DNA from: Spirochaetia bacterium
GTDB lineage: Bacteria; Spirochaetota; Spirochaetia; DSM-2461
DNA length: 64,000 nucleotides
NCBI GenBank assembly: GCA_963666985.2
Contig: CAXXIA010000001.1
Location: 1,472,048 to 1,536,047, forward strand
Reading direction: 5' to 3'
A model generated the notes under the pieces. The model ran no database searches. It saw only the letters and a list, made by a program, of their open reading frames with translations, and was not told where the DNA came from. A program made the translations under genes and the position numbers. How positions within the stretch are numbered: position 1 is the first letter of the stretch; each line of letters begins with the position of its first letter. Positions 9,511 to 19,049 of the stretch are shown here, piece by piece.

Positions 9511-10544
9511 CAGTCGATCATCACCAGCCGATAAGTCCGGCTGCCCAGACCCAGCTTTTCCGCATGATCGAGTGTATGCGTTCCGTTGCGCGATTCGATC
9601 CGCTCCCGAAGAGACCGGCTGCCTTCCTTATCGGATGAAGCGTAAACTTGATCCACGCAGGCCTGGTCCAGGGCAACGGGATCCGGGGACGCCAGGATGC
9701 CGATGTCGGCCAGTTCCGGAGGAGCCGGGCTGGAATCGCAGTCGCAGTCCACCGAGAGGTTGTTCATCACGTTGATGTAAAGAATGTTGTCGCCCAGATC
9801 CGCCATGACGGCTCCGGCGGCATCCGCCATGGACTCAAGGAAAAGATCCTGATCCGTACCGAAGGCGGATCGAATATCGGATCTCGTTGTTCCCGCGCTG
9901 TGAATCCAGATCTTTCCTTCCGCCGAAGCGATACCGATGGACATGTTCTTGATGGCGCCGCCGAAGCCGCCCATGGCATGTCCCTTGAAGTGGGAAAGGA
10001 TCAGATAGGAATCGTAATCATGAAAATGGGACCCGACGAAATCCGCCCGAATGTTCTTTCCGTTTTCAAAGGGCAAAACGACCGAGCCGTCTTCATCCAG
10101 GATGTCCACCTCCGCGATGGCGGTAAAACCATGGTCTGCGGCAACCTGCTTATGCATGGCCGTAGCGGCCCTTCGGCCGCCGTAGGCGGTATTGGATTCC
10201 ACTATGGTCGCATCCAGTGTTTGAACCAGATCACCGATAAGAGCGGGAGAAAGGAAATGATGCCCTCCCGGTTCCCCCGTATGGACCTTGACGGCCACTT
10301 TCCCCGGAAGCCGATGGTCGAGGGCCTCGTAGATTCTCATCAATCCTTCCGGACCGATGTCGCCTGTCATGTAAACGACGGGGATTTCCGCCCGATCTGC
10401 GGCCGCCGCCGTTTCTTCTCCGCGGCCGCTTTCCGCAGGTTCCTGTTCTTCCGATGCTCCGAATCCCGAGAAAACGAGAATACCGCCGCCGAGGCAGAGG
10501 CAAACCAAGAGGAGAATCGCAACGCGTTTCATTTTCTTCTTCAT
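9510..10544 (-). CDS. DUF362-like Fe-S protein with N-terminal export/anchor sequence
   Basis: VAVKVHTGE, ESNTAYGG, SHFKGHAMGGFGGAIKNMSIG, SVDCDCD, DPVALDQAC. Confidence 0.8.
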   Translation of the reverse strand: MKKKMKRVAILLLVCLCLGGGILVFSGFGASEEQEPAESGRGEETAAAADRAEIPVVYMTGDIGPEGLMRIYEALDHRLPGKVAVKVHTGEPGGHHFLSPALIGDLVQTLDATIVESNTAYGGRRAATAMHKQVAADHGFTAIAEVDILDEDGSVVLPFENGKNIRADFVGSHFHDYDSYLILSHFKGHAMGGFGGAIKNMSIGIASAEGKIWIHSAGTTRSDIRSAFGTDQDLFLESMADAAGAVMADLGDNILYINVMNNLSVDCDCDSSPAPPELADIGILASPDPVALDQACVDQVYASSDKEGSRSLRERIESRNGTHTLDHAEKLGLGSRTYRLVMID

Positions 10545-10652
10545 TTCGAACTCCTTGATTTCGAACCGGAGATCCTTCTCCGGCCTATGCTATTCAGGGC
10601 TGTCGAAACCCTACTCTTCGAAGCCCTCTTCAGGCCGAAGGTCAGATCCAGG

Positions 10653-11402
10653 TTATTTCTCCGCTTCCTGGACGCACCGAAGCGCGTTCAGGCTGCGGGG
10701 ATAGCCGATAAACGGCAGGCATTGGGAAATCACTTTGATGAGGAAGCTTTTATCGTTGCCCATCTTCATGTTGGCCGCGGCATGACTGATCAATTGGGGC
10801 TCGCAGCCGCCCTGGGCCGAAAGGAAGCAGAAGGTGATCATCTCGCGTTGCCGGAGATCCAAACCGCCGCGGGTGTAATAATCGCCGAAGCAGTTGTCGG
10901 CCAGCCAGCGGTTGATATGGCGACTTTCCTCGGGACCGAACTTCCAGAAATCCCTCATGCCGTCTCCGAAGATGTCCACTTGGGCTTGAATCCCCGCTTC
11001 CAGACGAGTTTCGGCCGTCGTCGTCGATTGGCAGGGAAGAGGCAATTCCACACCGCGGTCCGCCAGCCCAACATTGACTGCATTCAAAAACGGGTAGACC
11101 CGGCCGATTCCCAGATACGCCACCGCCTGGTAGACGATTTCCTTGACTTCGACCGGGGTAACCCCCAGGTTCAGCGCCGCGGGAAGCATCGCCCGGAATT
11201 CATCGAGGCCCTGGCAACCGAGAAGTGTCGCGAGAATCGCCATCATGCGGGTTCGGTCCTCGAGATCGTCCTGGTTCGGCACCTCGTCGAAAGCAAAATT
11301 GTCGAAAAGCTCGATGAACTCAGGGTCGGTCTCGGGGAATTTCGAGACCGACTCGGGAAACATCTTCTCGTGATATCGCTTCGCCTTTTCCGTAATCGGC
11401 AT
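10653..11402 (-). CDS. Carboxymuconolactone decarboxylase (CMD/AhpD-like) family protein, two domains
   Basis: TDPEFIELFDNFAF, EIVYQAVAYLG, FGDYYTRGGLD, IGYPRSLNA. Confidence 0.85.
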   Translation of the reverse strand: MPITEKAKRYHEKMFPESVSKFPETDPEFIELFDNFAFDEVPNQDDLEDRTRMMAILATLLGCQGLDEFRAMLPAALNLGVTPVEVKEIVYQAVAYLGIGRVYPFLNAVNVGLADRGVELPLPCQSTTTAETRLEAGIQAQVDIFGDGMRDFWKFGPEESRHINRWLADNCFGDYYTRGGLDLRQREMITFCFLSAQGGCEPQLISHAAANMKMGNDKSFLIKVISQCLPFIGYPRSLNALRCVQEAEK

Positions 11403-11414
11403 ATCCGTCCCCCT

Positions 11415-12257
11415 TTATTTCCCCAGACCGGTTAAGAACTCCACGGTCTGCGGATCGTCATGGGAAAAAAAGGCGCTCTCCCTCTCATCCAGAGTCCCAA
11501 TCGCGGCCATCTCCTCATCGGTCAGCAAGAAGTCGAACACATCGATGTTCTCAAACATACGTTCCTTGCGGGTGGTTTTGGGAATAACGACGACGCTGTT
11601 CTGGATGAGGAAACGAAGAATAACCTGCGCGGCCGTTTTTCCGTACTTCTCTCCGATATCCTTGAGCGTCCGGTTGGAAAACATCTCTTTGCGCCCCTCG
11701 GCGAAAGGTCCCCAGGATTCATGCTGAACACCGTACTTCTTCATAATCTCATGGGCGTTTTTCTGCTGATGAAACGGATGGGTTTCGATTTGATTAACCG
11801 CAGGAACCACCTCGTTGAACCGGCAGAAATCAATCAGGCGATCCGGATAAAAATTGCTGACGCCTATCGCACGGACTTTCCCGTCTTTATAGGCTTCCGA
11901 CATGGCACGATAAGTTCCGTAATAATCGTTGAACGGCTGGTGGATCAGCAGAAGATCGATATAGTCGGACCGCAGTTTCTTTAAAGATTCCTCGATGGAG
12001 AGTTTGGCCTTCTCATAACCGCCGTTGGAAATCCAGACCTTGGTCGTAATGAACAGTTCATTCCTCGGTATGCCGCATTTGGAAACGGCGCTGCCGACGC
12101 CTTCCTCGTTGCGATAGGCCTGCGCCGTATCGATGGAGCGGTATCCCGCCGAAAAGGCGTCCAGAACGCACCTTTCGCATTCATCCGGCGTTACCTGATA
12201 CACACCGTATCCCAGAATCGGCATCTTGACGCCGTTGTTTAAAGCCACGTATTCCAT
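11415..12257 (-). CDS. Aldo/keto reductase (2,5-diketogluconate reductase-like)
   Basis: LNNGVKMPILGYG, IDTAQAY, FITTKVW, DLLLIHQP, IGVSNF, VIPK. Confidence 0.9.
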   Translation of the reverse strand: MEYVALNNGVKMPILGYGVYQVTPDECERCVLDAFSAGYRSIDTAQAYRNEEGVGSAVSKCGIPRNELFITTKVWISNGGYEKAKLSIEESLKKLRSDYIDLLLIHQPFNDYYGTYRAMSEAYKDGKVRAIGVSNFYPDRLIDFCRFNEVVPAVNQIETHPFHQQKNAHEIMKKYGVQHESWGPFAEGRKEMFSNRTLKDIGEKYGKTAAQVILRFLIQNSVVVIPKTTRKERMFENIDVFDFLLTDEEMAAIGTLDERESAFFSHDDPQTVEFLTGLGK

Positions 12258-12305
12258 AATGAACTCCTTGTTTCTTGTCGCTTGCGATCCGGCCGATGCC
12301 GCTTC

Positions 12306-12836
12306 CTAGCCGGCATGGCCTAAGTTTTTCAGCCATCGCTTCACTTCACTGCGGGACTGATTGACTCGGGATCCTCTGAGAGCCAATCCCTTCTCGACAT
12401 TCGCGTTCGGGCAAGCCTCCTTAAGATCATGTTCGCTGCTCCCCATGCCGCTCCCTTCATGAGTACAGAAAGGAATGATGGTTTTTTCCGTAAAATCCAA
12501 TGACTCCAGAAAGGTGAAGACCGCCATGGGCATGGTTCCCCACCAGTTTGGATAACCGAGAAAAACGGTTGTGCAGCCGTCCGGATCGGGAAGAGAACCG
12601 AGAAGTTTCGGCCGCGCCCCATCATTCAGCTCTTTCCGGGCGATCCGGGTCGTCTCGGAATAATCCTCGGGATAGGAATCGACGGTTCGAATTTCAAAAA
12701 GTTCGCCTCCGGTCAAATCCCGAATGTCTTCCGCGACAACCGCGGTATTCCCGACGGAAAGAATCTCGATTCCGCTGCGTCCGTAATTCCGCCCGGTTCT
12801 GGAGAAATAGGCGATGAGTATTTTGTTTTCAGTCAT
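12306..12836 (-). CDS. Flavodoxin (cytoplasmic, no signal peptide)
   Basis: LIAYFSRTG, VGNT, FLGYPNWWGTMPMAV, PFCTHEGSG. Confidence 0.88.
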   Translation of the reverse strand: MTENKILIAYFSRTGRNYGRSGIEILSVGNTAVVAEDIRDLTGGELFEIRTVDSYPEDYSETTRIARKELNDGARPKLLGSLPDPDGCTTVFLGYPNWWGTMPMAVFTFLESLDFTEKTIIPFCTHEGSGMGSSEHDLKEACPNANVEKGLALRGSRVNQSRSEVKRWLKNLGHAG

Positions 12837-13005
12837 TCTTCGGTCTCCCTATTTCAGCCGGTCGCAGTCCGAGTCATTCACCGGTTCCGGCCGCTCGGTG
12901 CGGCGATACGGACGAACAGGCTCTCCCTGGCCGCGCCGGTGTTTAGCGCCCGGCGGGATGCTCACGACATCGCCGGCATGAAGTTCCCTGTTTTTCTTTC
13001 AGTCG

Positions 13006-14172
13006 TTACATGGCGTTTTCAAGAATTGTACGGCTGATCTTCGGCGTCAAATCCCGTGATTCCGAAAGAGCCGTCATTCCATGTGCCTCAAGAGCGGCGA
13101 TAACCTCGTCAATCTCTTCTTTATTCACGCCGTAAGAAGAAAGCTTCGTATCGATTCCCAAGCCCTCGAAAAACTCCCGGGTCTTCGCGATGGCCGCGTT
13201 CGCCTTCTCATCGTCGCCGCCGGAAGTGATATTCCAGACCCGCTCGGCGTACTGAACCAGCTTGGCCATCTTCTTCTCCTTGCGGACCGCCAAAAGCGAA
13301 GGAAGGACGATCGCCAGAGTTCGGCCATGATCGATTCCGAAACGGGCCGTCAGTTCATGCCCGATCATGTGGGTGGCCCAATCCTGGGGCATACCCGCGG
13401 CGATCAATCCGTTCAGTGCCATCGTTGCGGCCCACATGTGATTGGCCCTTACGTCGTAGTTCTCCGCGTCATCGACCGAAGCCCCGCCGATCTCTATGAG
13501 CGTCTGAAGCAGGCCCTCGCAGAACCGATCCTGCACCCGCCCCTCGGCGGGGAAAGTCAGATACTGTTCGATGGTGTGAACGAAAGCATCGACGATTCCA
13601 TTGGCCACCTGATTCTTCGGCAGGGTATAGGTAAGCGTCGGGTCCAAAAGAGAAAACTTCGGAAAAACCATTCCGCTCATGAGCGGAAGCTTGGAATGCC
13701 CCAGAGAGATGACCGCTCCGCTGTTCATCTCCGAACCGGTGGCGGGAAGAGTCAGAACCGTTCCAATGGGAAGAGCCTTGCCGACCACTTCCGCGGGAAC
13801 GGGCATCAGGCCGAACTTGAGGATGTCCGCTCCTTCGCCGCCGTAGCAGGAAGCCAGGGCTATAAACTTGGTTCCGTCGATGACGGATCCGCCGCCGACG
13901 GCCAGAAGAAAGTCAACCTTTTGTGTCTTGGCGACGGCCACGGCTTTCATCAAAGTCTCGTATCGAGGATTGGGTTCTATCCCGCCGAATTCAAAGAACG
14001 TCCTGCCGCCGAGAGCCGTTCTGATTTTCCCGAGAAGACCGGACTTCTCCGCGCTGCCTCCGCCGTAGGTTATCAGGACTACGGCATCCGGGGGGATGAG
14101 CGTATCAAGCTCGGGGATTCTGTTTTTACCAAAAACAATGTGTGTCGGATTATAAAAATCAAAATTGAACAT
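13006..14172 (-). CDS. Iron-containing NADPH-dependent alcohol dehydrogenase (YqhD/BdhA-like)
   Basis: FYNPTHIVFG, YGGGS, GGIEPNP, AVGGGSVIDGTK, ATGSEMN, DWATHMIGHE. Confidence 0.9.
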   Translation of the reverse strand: MFNFDFYNPTHIVFGKNRIPELDTLIPPDAVVLITYGGGSAEKSGLLGKIRTALGGRTFFEFGGIEPNPRYETLMKAVAVAKTQKVDFLLAVGGGSVIDGTKFIALASCYGGEGADILKFGLMPVPAEVVGKALPIGTVLTLPATGSEMNSGAVISLGHSKLPLMSGMVFPKFSLLDPTLTYTLPKNQVANGIVDAFVHTIEQYLTFPAEGRVQDRFCEGLLQTLIEIGGASVDDAENYDVRANHMWAATMALNGLIAAGMPQDWATHMIGHELTARFGIDHGRTLAIVLPSLLAVRKEKKMAKLVQYAERVWNITSGGDDEKANAAIAKTREFFEGLGIDTKLSSYGVNKEEIDEVIAALEAHGMTALSESRDLTPKISRTILENAM

Positions 14173-14433
14173 TAAAACTCCTCATCGTATTAATTCGCCG
14201 CTATTAGAACGGCTTGATTTCAGATAATTCCAAACCGCTTCCGTCTGCGATTGTGATAACGGATGAAAAACACATCGTCGGTGCAATGAGATTCGCCTCG
14301 GCGGAAAGCGTTCCCGAAGTAAAGTTCAGGCATGGGATTCGCGCGGACATCCGCCAAGACCCGGCCGGCCGTTTTCATTCTCGAACCGCCGCAGCTTGGA
14401 ACGTAAACTGAATTTAAAGATTTTCAGAAAGAG

Positions 14434-14483
14434 AAAAATGTCCATTCCGATTTATTAATTGCCTATTCGTCCAATTAATCTTG
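14434..14483. promoter_or_regulatory. Putative YqhC-like AraC operator, copy 2
   Basis: Between the divergent ADH and araC genes; near-identical to 6998-7047. Confidence 0.65.
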
Positions 14484-14551
14484 CCATTCGGTTCAATTAG
14501 TTCTCTATTCGTGCATAATTCGGAATCGGAAGACCAAGAAAGGAATGTGAT

Positions 14552-15433
14552 ATGGACAGCAAAATCAATAAGATGAAAGAGCTGTTGATGGAGATTCTCC
14601 CATCGGATCAATACCTTCAAACGGCGGTTGACGGTGTGGCGCTGGCTCGAAGAGACCACTCCTATGATCCGAAACCGATGATCTATAAACCTCAGGTTAT
14701 CCTCCTGGCTCAGGGGAAAAAACACGTTTATCTCGGAGATAAGATCTATACCTACGATCCCAGTAATTATTTTGTTCTGACCGTTCCTCTTCCCGTTATC
14801 TGCGAAGCCGTCATCGAAGAAGGGAAACCCATGCTGGGAATGATCTTGGAGATCGATCCCCAAATCATCGGAGAGATTCTCTATGAGATGGATTCCGCTC
14901 CCGCGGAAAAGAAACAAATGAACACAAGCATCTACCAGGCGGAAATATCCGAAGGAATCGTCGATGCCGCGGTGCGTCTGCTGGAGGCTCTCAAATCGAA
15001 AAACGAATTAAGAATACTGGGGCCCCTATATCTGAAGGAAATACTCTTCAAGATTCTGACCGGAGAACACGGTGAAATCTTAAGAAACCTGGCGTATAAC
15101 AACAGAAGCCTTTACCAGATATCCAGAGTGATAACACGGATCCATGAAGAGTATTCCAATCCGATCGAAATTCAGTCACTGGCCAAAGAAGCCGGGATGA
15201 GCACTTCGGCCTTCCATTCCAGCTTTAAAACGATTACCAGCACATCTCCTTTGCAATACATTAAGAATATAAGACTGCATAAAGCGAAGGAGCTCATCCA
15301 GCAGGAGGGAGAAAAAGCCTATGCCGCCGCGATGAGGGTCGGCTATGAAAGCTCCTCGCAATTCAACAGAGAATACAAACGCCTCTTCGGAGTTACTCCC
15401 GCGAAAGACAGGATGGAGAGTACCGTCTATTAG
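14552..15433 (+). CDS. AraC-family regulator with AraC_N-type domain (YqhC-like)
   Basis: YKPQVILLAQGKKHVYLG..YDP N-domain; GMSTSAFHSSFK..SPLQYIK..VGYESSSQFNREYKRLFG; divergent from YqhD-like ADH. Confidence 0.88.
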   Translation: MDSKINKMKELLMEILPSDQYLQTAVDGVALARRDHSYDPKPMIYKPQVILLAQGKKHVYLGDKIYTYDPSNYFVLTVPLPVICEAVIEEGKPMLGMILEIDPQIIGEILYEMDSAPAEKKQMNTSIYQAEISEGIVDAAVRLLEALKSKNELRILGPLYLKEILFKILTGEHGEILRNLAYNNRSLYQISRVITRIHEEYSNPIEIQSLAKEAGMSTSAFHSSFKTITSTSPLQYIKNIRLHKAKELIQQEGEKAYAAAMRVGYESSSQFNREYKRLFGVTPAKDRMESTVY

Positions 15434-15515
15434 TCGGGAAGAAGATGCATCACGCATTCCTTTTTTTATTCAGACAAGATCGCCCTTACTCGGATTGCGC
15501 TAACGGCTGTAAGAC

Positions 15516-15551
15516 AAGAGAGGCCGCCCGATCGGGCGGCCTCTTTTATTT
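15516..15551. terminator. Bidirectional intrinsic terminator
   Basis: Perfect palindrome AGAGGCCGCCCGA/TCGGGCGGCCTCT with T-rich tail, between convergent araC and tRNAs. Confidence 0.8.
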
Positions 15552-15560
15552 ATTCTTCGA

Positions 15561-15632
15561 CATCTCCAGGGGGAATTGAACCCCCGTTGCCGGGATGAAA
15601 ACCCGGTGTCCTAACCACTAGACGATGGAGAC
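15561..15632 (-). tRNA. tRNA-Glu (TTC)
   Basis: GTCTCCA...TGGAGAT acceptor stem, CCGGG-TTTTCAT-CCCGG anticodon arm, GTTCAATTC T-loop; CCA not encoded. Confidence 0.95.
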
Positions 15633-15658
15633 AGATTCTCCGGTACAAGTACCGAAGA

Positions 15659-15731
15659 TGAGCCGTAATGGATTCGAACCATTGACCCACGCCTTAAAAG
15701 GGCGTTGCTCTACCTGCTGAGCTAACGGCCC
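15659..15731 (-). tRNA. tRNA-Lys (TTT)
   Basis: GGGCCGT...ACGGCTC acceptor stem, ACGCC-CTTTTAA-GGCGT anticodon arm, GTTCGAATC T-loop. Confidence 0.95.
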
Positions 15732-15741
15732 GCGAGAAAAG

Positions 15742-15770
15742 AATCTACTGAGGAGGGACAATCGTGTCAA
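15742..15770 (-). promoter_or_regulatory. Sigma70 promoter of tRNA-Lys/tRNA-Glu
   Basis: TTGACA-17 nt-TAGATT on the minus strand, 10 nt upstream of tRNA-Lys. Confidence 0.75.
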
Positions 15771-15850
15771 CGCCTTCGGTTGAAGATTCTCTAATTTTCC
15801 ATCGGATCAACAAATATAAGTACTCCGGGAAAAAACGTTTTTCACATCCA

Positions 15851-15957
15851 AGGCAATTTCATAATTCATGAAATTGCTTAAATCCGGTAGCCGAAACCCT
15901 TTAAAACTCGCTTTAGAAGGGCTTTGTGTCAAAAATCGCTGATTTTTAGAATCACCT
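15851..15957 (-). repeat. 107-bp dispersed MITE-like element, copy B (inverted relative to copy A)
   Basis: Gap-free homology to 4588-4694; CATCC on both flanks (1-nt boundary ambiguity); internal IR GCAATTTCAT/ATGAAATTGC. Confidence 0.7.
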
Positions 15958-16044
15958 CATCCGATATTCAGCATCCCGGAAGAATCCCGAAAAACCGGCA
16001 AATCGGGTAAGAACGTCTTCATGCCCCTTTCCGAATAACCGGTA

Positions 16045-16683
16045 TCAGCCGGTTACCCGTTCCAGCCCGACTCGGGCGTCTTCCAAAGAAGGCTGCAGTT
16101 CAAGAGCCTTTTTATAAGCCGCTTCGGCGCCTTCGGTATCCGGGATTTGCTCTTTGGCGTATCCGAGACGCACCCACCACCTCGCCACCCCCGGACTATG
16201 GTAGAGAGCCGACGAGAATGCGATATCGGCGTGCTGGTATTCGGCAAGTCTTAAAAAAATCTCTCCCATGAAGTAATACACGGCATCGATGCGTTCTCCG
16301 GTAGGATTCAGTCCGACATATTCCTCAAAAAGAGAAAGGGCTTCCAGGTTGCGGCCGAGGTAATACAGGGCTTCGGCCTCGTTCTCGATGATACGGGCGT
16401 CATAACGGACTTCCTCGCGTGCCTGCCGTGAATAAGAAAGAGCCTTTTCATATTCGCCCAGCCGAATATAAGACCACCCCAGAACCGAATAGGAATTCAT
16501 CCGCTTTTTCACCTGATCCGGTCCCCAGGTATCAAGTTCTTTGAGGCACACGCGGACGGATTCTTCAAACTGTCCCTGACGATAAAGTTCCAGCGCATCC
16601 GGCTCCTGGCCGAACAATGCGGGCGAGAGCACCGCCGCGAAAACCGCAGCCGTCAACAACACTGTAAATCGTTTTTTTGCCAT
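16045..16683 (-). CDS. Exported tetratricopeptide-repeat protein
   Basis: Signal peptide; TPR patterns (LGWSYIRLGEYEKAL, WVRLGYAKEQ...AYKKALELQP). Confidence 0.8.
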   Translation of the reverse strand: MAKKRFTVLLTAAVFAAVLSPALFGQEPDALELYRQGQFEESVRVCLKELDTWGPDQVKKRMNSYSVLGWSYIRLGEYEKALSYSRQAREEVRYDARIIENEAEALYYLGRNLEALSLFEEYVGLNPTGERIDAVYYFMGEIFLRLAEYQHADIAFSSALYHSPGVARWWVRLGYAKEQIPDTEGAEAAYKKALELQPSLEDARVGLERVTG

Positions 16684-17051
16684 CAGGCACCTCCCTTCGG
16701 CGGGCGCATGCGGCTCACACCGTCAAACCGGCAGCCGGTATCCATTACGATCTTCGGAGCGGTAATATCGCCGACCACTTCGGCTTCACCCTGAAGCTCC
16801 ACCCGGGAAGCGGCGTTGATGCTCCCCTTCACTCTTCCCCGCACGTAAACCGAATCGGCGACGATGTCCGCCTCCACATCGGCATCCGAGGCAATATAAA
16901 GATCGCCGGTGGCGCGGATCTTTCCGGAATAACGTCCTTTAATCATCAGTTCCTTTGTAAAAGACGCCTCTCCCTCAAAGCTGATGTCCTCGGCAAGGAC
17001 CGTATCCAGCTTGTTCTCATTAACGCGGCGTTCATGGATTTCAGCCATCAT
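16683..17051 (-). CDS. Bactofilin (polymer-forming cytoskeletal protein)
   Basis: DTVLAEDISFEG...VRGRVKGSI...VVGDITAPKIVMDTGCRFDG beta-helix pattern. Confidence 0.85.
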   Translation of the reverse strand: MMAEIHERRVNENKLDTVLAEDISFEGEASFTKELMIKGRYSGKIRATGDLYIASDADVEADIVADSVYVRGRVKGSINAASRVELQGEAEVVGDITAPKIVMDTGCRFDGVSRMRPPKGGA

Positions 17052-17794
17052 TCCTCCCGGCCCGAGACGCTGATGGAATCGAACTTCTCGAGCATAACAT
17101 TGATCGCTTTATGCAGATTCGCCCTCATCGGGACGGTATACGGATTGTATCTCTGCAGGTCGATGAACAATCCCCATGGATCGTTGCAGGTTTGCCGAAC
17201 GATGTCCAGCAGATCGCGGTAGCCTTCCGTGGCGATGGGACTTTCGGTTAAGTTCAGTTCTCCGAGGACACGTCCGATGAAATGGGTGATTCCCTGAGTA
17301 TAGGCGGCTTCCTCGTCATGTCTCTGGGGAGTCATTTCCACCACGTTCAAACCCATGGCCTCAAAGTGACCGCGCCAGAGATCGGCAGAATCGGAGGACA
17401 TCCTCATCGGCGCGAAGACCAGAGGCAAACCCCGAAGCCCGTTTCGTCCGGAATCGGGACCGAACATGGGATGAGTCGCCAATATCCCGACATCTTCGGG
17501 AAGGAGTCTCATCATGGCCTCGGCCGGATGAACTTTCACCGAGCAGGTATCCATTACCAAGGTTCCCGGCTTCAAACGTCCGGCGATCCGCCTGAGAACA
17601 TCTTCCATCGCGGAAATGGCAACACAAAGCACCACCGCGTCGGCGGCCAAAACTTCCTCTTCGCTTCCACGTCTCACGCCTTCGGGCACCGGCCTTTCGG
17701 GATTTCGGGAATAACCGACAACATCGAAACGCTCGGAAAGATGCTTGGCCCAGAAAGAACCGAAACGGCCAAGGCCGTATACACCCACGATCAT
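17048..17794 (-). CDS. tyrA: Prephenate/arogenate dehydrogenase
   Basis: GLGRFG Rossmann motif, DTCSVK, THPMFGP, HDEEAAYTQGITH. Confidence 0.85.
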   Translation of the reverse strand: MIVGVYGLGRFGSFWAKHLSERFDVVGYSRNPERPVPEGVRRGSEEEVLAADAVVLCVAISAMEDVLRRIAGRLKPGTLVMDTCSVKVHPAEAMMRLLPEDVGILATHPMFGPDSGRNGLRGLPLVFAPMRMSSDSADLWRGHFEAMGLNVVEMTPQRHDEEAAYTQGITHFIGRVLGELNLTESPIATEGYRDLLDIVRQTCNDPWGLFIDLQRYNPYTVPMRANLHKAINVMLEKFDSISVSGREE

Positions 17795-18050
17795 ACGGCC
17801 GATCATATCACCGGGAAAGAATCGGGCAAACCCATCTTGAACAGCAACGGCATCTCATTTGCCGCGGAATCGGCCGTGGAAGCGGCCGCGGAAAACAATT
17901 CGGCCGCCGGTCTTTCGGCAAATAAGTCCGAAGCCGCCGGCAATCACCGCCCCGTCTTCTCTCCCCAGGCATTGATGCGTTAAGATTAAAGAATAAAGAA
18001 AAGCTCTTTTTTATGAGCTTCAAATAAACCAACCGGGGGTAAACAGCACC

Positions 18051-19046
18051 ATGACATTCACCGAAAAAATGACTAAAAAAGCCCGTTCCATGGGTAAAAC
18101 ACTCGTTCTGCCGGAAGGCACCGAGCCCCGAACCATCAAGGCGGCCCGCATCGTAACCGATGAAAAAATAGCGTCCGGGGTTACCCTGATCGGCAATCCC
18201 GATGCCGTAGCCAAGGCGGCTTCCGATGCCGGAGTGAGCCTGAACGGCATTGCCGTCGTAGATCCCTCCTCTTCCGATAAGCTCAACGCCTATGCGGCCG
18301 AATATTACGAACTGCGCAAGGCCAAAGGAATTACCGAAGAGGAAGCCCGTGCCAAAATCATCGATCCTCTCCTCTGGGGAGCCATGATGGTTCGGCTGGA
18401 CGATGCCGACGCCATGGTGGCCGGCGCGGAAAACGCTACCGCCAAGGTTCTTGTCGCGGGATTTACCATTGTGAAAACCGCTCCGGGAGTCAAATCCGCC
18501 TCGTCCTGTTTCGTCATGGATTTTCCCGATAAGAAATGGGGAAAAGACGGCCTGATGATCTTTTCCGACTGCGCCACCATACCCGAACCGACCGTGGATC
18601 AGCTCGCCGAAATCGCCACCGCCTCGGCGGCTTCCTGCAGAACCTTTCTGCAGACCGAACCGATAGTGGCCATGCTTTCCTTCTCAACGAAGGGCTCGGC
18701 TTCTCATCCTCTGGTGGACAAAGTCACCGAAGCCCTGGCCAAGGTAAAACAAACGGCTCCGGATCTGAACATCGACGGAGAGCTGCAGCTTGATGCCGCC
18801 ATCATTCCTTCCGTCGGTGAGAAAAAAGCTCCCGGATCTCCGGTTGCGGGCAAAGCCAACACTCTGATATTCCCGGATCTTCAAGCGGGAAACATCGGCT
18901 ATAAAATCGCCCAGAGATTCGCCGGAGCCGGCGCATACGGTCCGTTTCTCCAAGGATTCGCGAAACCGATCTCGGATCTCTCCCGCGGCGCTTCGGTGGA
19001 TGATATCGTCAACACCTGCGCCGTCACGCTCACCCAGGCGGAGTAA
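18051..19046 (+). CDS. pta: Phosphate acetyltransferase
   Basis: LVLPEGTEPR, FSDCA, MLSFSTKGSA, DGELQLDAAI, FPDLQAGNIGYK, DLSRG. Confidence 0.95.
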   Translation: MTFTEKMTKKARSMGKTLVLPEGTEPRTIKAARIVTDEKIASGVTLIGNPDAVAKAASDAGVSLNGIAVVDPSSSDKLNAYAAEYYELRKAKGITEEEARAKIIDPLLWGAMMVRLDDADAMVAGAENATAKVLVAGFTIVKTAPGVKSASSCFVMDFPDKKWGKDGLMIFSDCATIPEPTVDQLAEIATASAASCRTFLQTEPIVAMLSFSTKGSASHPLVDKVTEALAKVKQTAPDLNIDGELQLDAAIIPSVGEKKAPGSPVAGKANTLIFPDLQAGNIGYKIAQRFAGAGAYGPFLQGFAKPISDLSRGASVDDIVNTCAVTLTQAE

Positions 19047-19049
19047 GGC

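Noticed and set aside
9648..11435. 595-aa plus-strand ORF, and similar long antisense ORFs (13081-14175, 36455-37606, 43722-44597, 59917-60768, 62138-62992)
   Set aside because: Lie antisense to well-supported genes and show no recognisable motifs; expected shadow ORFs in GC-rich coding DNA
14223..14380. ~52-aa minus-strand ORF (MKTAGRVLAD...) in the long ADH leader
   Set aside because: No convincing RBS or motif and no coupling to the ADH start
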